Translations under genes and position numbers: made by a program | NCBI GenBank assembly: GCA_002633005.1 | Contig: NMRA01001168.1 | Location: 1 to 44,305, forward strand | Length of the DNA: 44,305 nucleotides | DNA from: Phoronis australis | Lineage: Eukaryota; Animalia; Phoronida | Direction: 5' to 3' | Shown: positions 35,560-44,305 of the stretch, piece after piece | How the letters are laid out: each line of letters opens with the position of its first letter | How positions within the stretch are numbered: position 1 is the first letter of the stretch | Notes under the pieces: model-generated | Database searches by the model: none | The model's input: the letters and a program-made list of their open reading frames with translations, nothing else | Told to the model about the DNA's origin: nothing

Positions 35560-36960
35560 CATCGATAATTTAAACCCCTAATCTAGAATCATCTCGGATG
35601 CCTGGTCCCCGAAGTTGATCAGGCTTCGGTCATCACTTGGAGTGCCACCTGTTGTCTCGCTGTAACCTTAACCACGACGACGCCTCTTCAGCAGATCTCA
35701 TCACTGACTAAACCAAACTCTTCCTCGACACTGTGCCGATACCTAAGAACTTCATCAACCTCCACATGGTGCTCCCGATGAAACCTCTACATCGTACTTC
35801 GACTGGCATGCAAAAACACTTCCAACCAGCTACTGAACAATCATGAGGAAGTTCTGCATACTTAAGTGTTTTCCTCTCGTTGGCCTCTACCATTCGGGAT
35901 TCCCATGGTACTGTAAGTTCTACTATGATGACCGTCTTTGTGCCATCTGACCATAATACCAAGTCAGGCCGGAGTGTCGTCATCACTATATGGCTCGGGA
36001 ATACTGCCAACGGCCCTACATCCACAGTCATCTTCCAATCACTCGCTGTAGTCAACACACCTGCATCTTTCCTCCTTCCCAATGCACCTTCTCAGCAAAA
36101 TGATATTAGTGGGCTTTCGGTGTTGCTAACCACCTTCCTTCTTTCTAGATCCAAAATATGCGCAATCACCTTGAGAATCTTGTCATGTCTCCACTTGCAT
36201 TTGCCTTCGGCCAAAGCCGACTTACATGATGACAAAACGTGCTGTAAAGTGCAGAGCTCCCCACAACTGCTGCAAGAATCGTCTTCTATCCTTCCCCATA
36301 ACTTCAGGTTAGTCGGACCATAGAGTACGTGATACACAGAACGCAGGATAAAACTTAATCTGTACTGTTCACTTGAAATCAGGTCGTTCGCTGTAATGCG
36401 CCTACTGTGAACCCCCTCCCATGCTGTCCAGGCGCCCTGTTTTATCAAACCCACAGCATGAGAAAAGCGCTTCTCCTATTCCTGGTGACGTTCTTCGTCT
36501 AACACCATAGAACGACGCTCTTTCCCTCTAGTTGTCTTCCACCTCTTAAACTGTTTCATGCCGAGGGCTTCACGTCCTCTAGAAACTGCCCTTACTAAAT
36601 CTTTATGGTGAAGCCTGCTCTCTGCTGATGCTACTTCCTCCTCTGGACTCCACGTCCTTCCCGCAAAAACGTCAATCTTTACACCACTGATATCATCATC
36701 TTTCGAGTCCCTCACAGTCAGGGACGTCCTGCACTTAACGACTTTAAACTCTTCCACAATAAATCGTGTACGTATATTTACTGCTGAAGACCTCATGTAC
36801 AGGCCCAACCTGATGAAACTTGGGGGGATGCCTAACCACTTGCGCAACCAGCGGCTAACCAAGCGCTCTATCCTCTCCGCTGATGTAATAGGTAGATCGT
36901 AAACTGTCAAAGGCCACATGGCCTTTGGGAATTGACCAAACTGGTAACACCGGCTCATCT
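35560..36960 (-). mobile_element. 5'-truncated RLE-type non-LTR retrotransposon (HERO-like)
   Basis: Thumb WPLTVY..RWLRKWLGIP, CCHC knuckle CSSC..TLQHVLSSC, RHD, RPDLVLW, IVELTVPWE, K..KY restriction-like endonuclease motifs. Frameshifted. Confidence 0.9.
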
Positions 36961-38726
36961 TCAAACCTCATTACCGTGTCCAACATGTGACTTGGGGAAG
37001 GGGTGCGAATGTAAAGAATGCGCATGAAGCCCGGACTTCAATCGTTGATGTAAACTACTGCCCTCGTCACATGAAAAATCCCCATAATGAGGCTTTATTA
37101 TGCACTGGCCAAAATTGTACATCACCGGAAATGATCAAAAAAAGAAGAATATATCCGTTTTTGTGGATGTGGTTAGCGGCAGTGCACAAGTTTGTTTATA
37201 AGGGTGTGGTTTCGTGGCTCTCATTTGAACTGTGAGACTACCCTTAAAGTTAAATACAAATGAAATACGTGTTAACGAAATTGGCAATCAAATTTCTGAG
37301 TTACAATGGAGGATACAGTGACAAAAGCTACACGTAGGGAAACTGAAAGGAAATACGTCTATAAGGAGGCAGCTAGCTTAATGTCCTCAGAGATGCACAG
37401 TGTCAAGTTCAGTTGAACACATGCGCATGCATTGGTAGACAGTATCACGCAACTGAATAGCCTGGCTACAAAGTACAGTATCACTACTTTCCTCAAAATA
37501 TCAGGCACCCAAACTTTCTTAAGTTTATGCCAAACCCTTAGTAGTGGCAAAATTGGGTAACATCGGAACATCGTATCCCGGAAGTGGCTGATCGGATTTA
37601 TTTGAACCTAACAGATGTTATGCTTTCTGCACTGTTCTGCAAAACGCCTTTGAAAACTGTTTTCAGAAAGTTCCAATTTTGTGTGAGAAATAAGGAGTTT
37701 TGTGTTTTTATGCAAAGATGATTATAGTTGGATAAAACAAAAGACGAAGTAACAATTTGAAAAAAAAACGTTTGCAGGGTTTTTGTGATTTTATCGTGAA
37801 CATTTAAATCGAACAAAATTTGGTCACCCTTGTTCGGCTGTTAAACTAATAAACTAATACAATCGAACGTGGTGACTGCCGTTAACTGTGAATTTACACT
37901 GTACATGCTGTCTAAAATTAATATCCCACCAGTTCGCAAATTCTTTGTACTCCTCCTGCCGTTTATTGCCGTCTCTAAATTGCGTTGCTAATTTCTAAAG
38001 TACATGTACCTGTTGTCAAACAAAACTACCAGAATTTATGACAATGCTCACATGCAGATATAAATTTTATTCACATTTGTGCTGAAAGACTTGAGGAAAA
38101 CCCAAAGAAAAATCAAACGACCCCTTTTGTTTCCGTTCACCGAGTATTTTATGCCGTAAAGGCAATGCCATCATGGCATAAAATTATCACCCATTGTATC
38201 AACAGAAGTAACTGCAATTCAACTTGCCAATTTGACCTTTGACTAGCCTGGGGCCGTAATTTACTTATTGGCATGCCATCGGACAACCGTTAATGGTTAG
38301 TGTAGAGATCATTGGATGATAGTTCAACTATTAGCCCTGTTGCTTTTAATATAGAGAGCTGGGCGTTTTAGTTCACAGGGACAGTGACTTCGAAATAAAG
38401 AAACTACAGTTGCATCATAATTTTCGTCCCTAACATTCGGTGCACATCTCCCAGGAAAGGGAAGTGACACGCAAAATCTTCAGATCCATCTTATCAGTGT
38501 TGCATATGTCACAAATTCTCTCAAACTAAGGTTGACCTGCGTGCTGCCCTGTTGCAATAAAAAGCTTATACATTGAGCAACTGAATCCATGGTAGGCGCA
38601 CGGCAGGGTGCTGGGGGAGGGGCTATAACCCCCCACTTATTTCAGTGCTGCGCCGCCCATGAAAACGAGCAAGTATTTATTCAGATCGGATCTAAAAAGT
38701 AACGGTATTTTTCGCACTGTTCTGAT

Positions 38727-39177
38727 ACGCAAACTTAGTTAAAAACACGACTCGAGTTTTTCTTTGCACATTTCGGCTAAAGATTTGGGAATTGCTATTA
38801 ATCAGTCACGAAAAACCTAATGAGTAGCTCACAGGTGTGTATCGCATGCTGGCTCTGTTTCGATTGGGTTGCGGGATTCCTACCGTGTGTTGCATTCACA
38901 CTCTTTGCTTGTATACCCCTCTTCCCGATGTCACGTGAATTTCACTGTTGATTTCGCTATGTATACATGTATGTTCATTCCACTCATTGCCTGATGATGC
39001 TGTCACGAAATATAGTTAGTTTTTTTAATTTGTTTGTTTGTTATGTCTCGGTGTTTTATTTCATACATTTACAATGTGCCTGCACACCTGAAGAATGAGA
39101 CTGTTTCGAAATTATGAGCGTACCAGTATCAAGCTTGCAAACGAAAAGTCGTGTCGTGTTTTTAACGAAGCGTGCGT
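38727..39177. mobile_element. MITE-like inverted repeat pair
   Basis: acgcaaacttagttaaaaacacgactcgagtttt vs aaaagtcgtgtcgtgtttttaacgaagcgtgcgt. Confidence 0.55.
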
Positions 39178-40789
39178 AAACAAAAGGCTACTACCGATCT
39201 ATAGCCTATGACTGTTCTCGATAGCACAATGCCACATATTTTTTGTGATATAACATATTAAAGAGCCCTCGCTGTGATTTTTGTTAACAACTTACAATGT
39301 AAAAATGTCCATTATGCTGTACCAAGTTCATTGAGAAGGAATTTGGTTTTGAATAAGCTCATGTTTTAAATAAAATTCTTGTAACGAGCATTTTTTGTAT
39401 AAAATTAGGACCATTGATTATGATATGTGTTCTTTTTGTAAGCTACACCGTTCTTTCACGACTGTGTAATAACCGAAAATCTTTCGCCAAAGGAAAAATA
39501 ATTTTATACATAATGCTAAAGTTTAAGCCTTTTTTGGAATATTTCTCAAGTGGAAGATTAAGCTTTAAGTTATTTTGTAAATTTACAACAAATATGCTAA
39601 GGAAAAAATCAGAAGTAATACCAACATTTTTATTTTTTAATGTTCAAACATGAATTCAATGAACAGTAATATCTTAATCTTTTGAGAATAATAGTATGGA
39701 AGAAAAACTTTCTCGCATTTTCTCAGGAAATCACACTCAGTGACTGATTAACTTTATGTGCTTGTGTGCGAATATGAAGGACGTTCATTTTCATCTGTTT
39801 GTTATACATGGTTATTTTATTCAATAACCGTTGAAGAAACCAAAAAAGAGGGCGTTAATGTTTTTTTTTTTGGTAAAGAACATTGGAGACGAAATGGTAA
39901 AAAGTGGGGAGACAACCATGTGCGCCCCAGAGAAACAAGCAGTCCGAGAAAACGAGACAAAATTCCACTACAGAAGTGCAGACGCACAATGAAGGCCCAT
40001 TTTTAATTTTTTTTTTTAGTCTTCACGCTTATTTGTCAGCAAAAAGGTCGAAATTCGAGCCTCTCATATTAAAGGCTGGGTGCGCGCATGACAACGTCAA
40101 CGTCCCACTACGTCTACACCTCTGCTCTTTAGGACGAGGCCCATCCGTACAGACTCTCCTCAAACACCTCCATGTAAAGAAAAATTCTGGGTTGCTGATG
40201 TTCAGACACTTTAGCATCGTGGAAAACAGTTTCAACAGTCACATTCATCAATTTCATGCACCAGGTGAAGAGACCGTCGCGAATGATCCACGACTCCCCT
40301 AGAGCAGCCAAGCAACGACGCGGAAACGACGACATTCCGTGAGTTCGCTCAAAAATATTTTACGAGAAAGGAAAATCAAGATAAGCGATCAAAAACATAA
40401 AAGAACGCTTGGCATTGAGTTTGATACCCGATATTACAAAGCAATGTCATGGTTTAATGTTCGTCGGAAATACTTCAAGCGGTTACATATGTGGAGATAA
40501 TGTGACTGGGCTACAGTGTTGAACGATATCATTAGCTTGAGTCGCCTACTGAAGTTGGTTGTACCATTTTTCCTACTATTCAACTGCCAGGACAACTCAC
40601 TGCTTAATGATTAATATTGCAGGCAGTCTGGTACACGTACAGCTGTACCAACGTGCGCAAGCCGTTCCGGGTGGTCCTTTCCGCATTGATCACCTGGAAA
40701 AATGTTTGTGCTTTATTAATATATACAGTAGTTGAAACCGAGCTGAGAAGCTAGAGACCTCAGTGACTCAAGGGTCTGGCAGTATGCTA

Positions 40790-40863
40790 GGATGCCTAGA
40801 GTGGGACTCGAAACCACGACCCTCAGTAATTAAGAGTATCCAACTACAGGACACGCTGCCCCC
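40790..40863 (-). mobile_element. tRNA-derived SINE-like head (degenerate)
   Basis: Minus strand gggggcagcgtgtcctgtagttgg...gagggtcgtggtttcgagtcccact contains a B-box-like GTTTCGAGTCCC. No intact cloverleaf. Confidence 0.4.
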
Positions 40864-41813
40864 TCTAATTCACTGCAGCTGGGCTTTAGTGCAGCATTCG
40901 GTGAAAAATAAAAGTTGAAACACTCTGGAATGTTCTTGCACGTTTAACATCAAGTGCGTTTTTTATTTACTTGAGCTTACATTGTATAATCGTTTGTCCC
41001 AGCGCTTCACGAATTGATCACTTAAACAACCCCGTAGGCCTAAGTTTACTTCAGTAAGTACAACAATGTAGTGAATTTGAGAAACTTTTATGCATTGTAA
41101 AAGCACCAAATTCACATTAAAACACCAAAAAATACAACAAAAAATAAAAAACAACCACACCACCAGTCTATCATCTGTCAACTAAGTAAGAACACTCGCA
41201 AACACCATAGGCGGATTTAGGTTATGGGGAGACAGCCCCTCCCCCCTACGTTGGCTGCCGTAAGCAAATTGAAACAGCAAAGGCGTGAAGCGTGAGGAAA
41301 TATCGAGAAACTACGACCGGTAGCGGAGAAAGGGGGGGGGACCCCAGATCGCGGCGTATGAATGCAATCAACGGCCACAGCCCCAAGGGTTACCGACCCC
41401 TACATGCATAGGCCTGCGTGCCAACGCCCTATCAAGTGAAAACGTTTAGACGGTAAATGCTGCTGCAGCAAAAATTGTAACCCTGCAATGTACCCCTCAG
41501 GGTCATTGAAGGAGTCAAGCACCGACTGCCGTGAGAGATTAGATGAGGGCGAAGCCCTCAGACAGCTTCGCGAGATCGGAGGATCTCGCCTTCTGTCCTT
41601 GCTGTTGTTGGTGTGGACGCGGATCGAGGGCAGGACCTGGTAGGCCGGTGGTGGTAGAGGTTGTGTGCTTGATCTTCTTCTGGATACGAGACGCTGGCTG
41701 GATGGCAACAGCGTTACTGACATCGTAGAGGTGGAGCTGGCTTGATGGCAACAGCTTAGAGTTGGTTCACATGAAGCCGGCTTGCTGGCAACAGCTGTCA
41801 TGCTACTGGTTGC

Positions 41814-42115
41814 TTGTCTTTATACTGTCCCGTCGGGACAGTTTTTTTTTCCCTTGTCTTTATACTGCCCCGACGCCCCTTCGGGACAGTTACCAGTGGC
41901 ACAGGGCCCGAACCCTTAGTGTTCCGGTAGCAGGTTGTCACGAAATTTGGTTGTCTTTATACTGCCCCGTCGCCCCTTCGGAACAGTTACCAGTAACCCA
42001 GGGCCCGAACCCTTAGTGCTCCGGTACATGGTTGTCACGACAGTTTGGTTGTCTTTATACTGCCCCGTCGGGACAGTTTTTACCAGTTGAGCAGGGTCAG
42101 GACCCTTAAGTGCTC
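41814..42115. repeat. ~97-bp tandem repeat at the 3' end of the LINE
   Basis: ttgtctttatactg starts at 41814, 41854, 41951 and 42049, with shared ggacagttaccag...gaacccttagtg...ggttgtcacga. Confidence 0.85.
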
Positions 42116-43175
42116 CTGGAATAGGTTTGTCATGGAAATGCGGCGTAACGTGGCTTGGCGGAGTGACTGCAGCCTGTCGGAGACAATCTGCATTCCGGCG
42201 AGCTCGTGTAGTGTGTCAATTCGGCAATATCTGGGCTGGCCGAGAGCAATTCTCAGCGCCCAGTTTTGTAGTTTCTGTAGTCTTTCGATTGTGGAAGGAG
42301 CACAGGTTGAAATGTCGATGGCGTCATATTCGAATAGGGGTCTGATGAACATTTTGTAGATCAGTAGTAGGCAGTCGCTCCTAGCGCCCCACCCTGTGCC
42401 CTTCAATCGATACATGAGCTTGACTCTGGTTCTTGCACGGTCACACACGCGTGCGACGTGGGGTTGTAACGTCAGTCTTTGATCGAGGGTTACCCCTAGC
42501 AGAGTGGCCTCTGCTTTTGGTGTGAGCCTGACACCAAATAGTGAGAGACTGAACTGTCGCAGTTTCTGTTTGCGGTGGAACAGGATGACCTGTGATTTTG
42601 CGGCATTGAGTTTGATGCGCCAGATGGAGCACCAGTCCTCCAGTTTTGATAGTGCCCCCTGAGGCGTGCTTGGACAACTGTCTCTTGTTTTTCACTTGTC
42701 CAGAACCCGAGATCGTCGCCGGGCGAACTGGGATATCTGAACTTTGTCCCTTGGGTGAACTGGTAGGTCGTTGACATAGTCAAAAATAGCAACGGACTTA
42801 GGACGGACCCCTGAGGGGTGCCGGCCTTCAGATTCACCGGTTGGGAGACGGTTTGTCCCTGTCTGACTGAGATGCATTCTCTCAGGAAAGATGACAAGAG
42901 TCTAACCATTTTGTCAGGTAGACCTATATTGGAGAGTTTGTATCTCATTCCGTCATGCCATACAGAGTCAAAGGCTTTTTCCACGTCCAACATTATGGCT
43001 CCGGTGCAAAAGTTTTTGCCCATTGCCGTTTTGCCTTGAGCTATCAGTCTATGTACGTGGTTCGGTTCCTTCACGATTTTTCCTATAGGCTCGTTGCCAC
43101 GTGTTAAAGAAGCCTTTGGAATCCAGTTCTGCGTTTATTCTATTCGTGAGGATTCGTTCGAACGTTTTGCCAATG
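42060..43175 (-). mobile_element. APE-type LINE (I/Jockey group) reverse transcriptase fragment, degenerate
   Basis: LDVEKAFDSVWHDG, GTPQGSVLSPLLF, SQFA/DDL, LKGTGWGA...YKMFIRPLFEY. Frameshifted. Confidence 0.9.
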
Positions 43176-44305
43176 CATGAAGCACCGACTGCCGACTGCT
43201 AGATAGACGATTTAACCCTGGCGCCTTGCAAAATAGCGGGGGCACGTGCCCCTCATTCTCCTTGATCACTCAGGGCTGGGGGGGGGGGGTCTCGGAGGGC
43301 TCCAACGAGCCGTCCCCCCATTTGGCGAAGTGGACAAGAAGGTCCGCCCCAGAGAAACAAAAAGTCGAGAAAACGAGACAATTAAACAGTCCACTAAAAA
43401 GCCCAAACGCACGATCGCAGCCCTGGACGTGGTCAGCCCTAACCCGTTTTTTAGTCGTTCGGCTGCTTTTGTCGGTGAAAGGTCCACATCGTCAGGAAAT
43501 TCGAGACCCCAAACATTAAAGGCTGGATGTGTGCTTCAGCTGAACGCGGCCCGTTGGGCGCTTTATACACTGTACGTACGTAACGCATTGAGAAAAAAAA
43601 ATGCACAAACAGTTTTAACTATGTATTAGTTAAAACTATTAAAACGACTACACAGTCTTTTTACCATGTATGGTGAAACTGGAACATTGCATCCTCATAT
43701 TTTGAGCAGCAATGGACCAAAGCACGTGATCTGCAAAAATTTCAAACTGGCCGAGTTGTGTTTTAGTTCGCGGCCATCGATCGTTTCCTTGTTTTGGCTA
43801 TGACATCATACCCAGAATGCAATTCATAGTCGATAAGCCTTTTGGAATTTCCTAGCCGCTGGAAATTTTCTTTCCAAACAAGTTTATTTTATGTGTCAAG
43901 CTCTGTACCAATCTTCCGAAGAATTCCTCACAGCACCCTGGGACACGATCCATCTCGTTTGGAGATCATTCAACGCCATATTCTGTGAAAATAGTTGAAG
44001 ACTTAACCTTGGCTCTGTCGGGTGCCGGTGAGTTGCTCAGATGCGGAATCGGTGTGTCTACCGCCTTGAGAAATAATTGTTGTGTGCTTCTTGATTGATA
44101 TAGTGTGTATTTTATGTTCATAATTCAATTCAGTTGTTTTTGTTTTTTAAAGTCACGCATGAAATCTCAGGGAATTTGTGTTCGCGGTTGTTGTTTTGCT
44201 TTCACATTCCGGTTTCTAAATATAATTGTTGTCTCATTCTGTGAATTCTCCCAACCGCTTTACATGCTCACCGGTGATCTTTGTGGGCCGCCATCTTGGA
44301 CTTTT

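Noticed and set aside
40790-40863. tRNA gene
   Set aside because: Only a B-box/T-arm-like motif with no complete cloverleaf. Treated as a SINE-like remnant.
41400-41810. GC-richer ORFs as a host gene or LINE ORF1
   Set aside because: Low-complexity, with a repeated gctgttgcca motif and no identifiable domain.

Overview
Eukaryotic (probably invertebrate animal) genomic DNA, AT-rich and dense in transposon remnants, with one assembly gap (N, 16209-16292). The main feature is a + strand spliced gene spanning at least 7085-32928. It is built from eight intact exons: seven internal exons of 294-336 nt and a terminal exon. Each exon encodes exactly one ~100-110 aa domain with a conserved 8-Cys framework, C-x(1-2)-C...C-x(6-9)-C-x3-C...C...CC. 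All internal exons are symmetric phase 2-2 with canonical AG/GT sites, so any subset splices in frame. A ninth copy is a pseudoexon split by a TIR element. Paralogy indicates a tandem duplication of a three-exon block. No start or signal-peptide exon was identified, so the gene is probably 5'-incomplete here. Mobile elements: a degenerate BEL/Pao LTR retrotransposon in intron 4 (with an internal inversion), a second BEL remnant, a Kolobok-type element (TTAA TSD, THAP plus a KolX/P2X7-ballast-like ORF) nested in a Penelope-like GIY-YIG remnant, an RLE-type (HERO-like) non-LTR fragment, an APE-type LINE RT fragment and several MITEs. All family assignments come from motif recognition by eye, not database searches.
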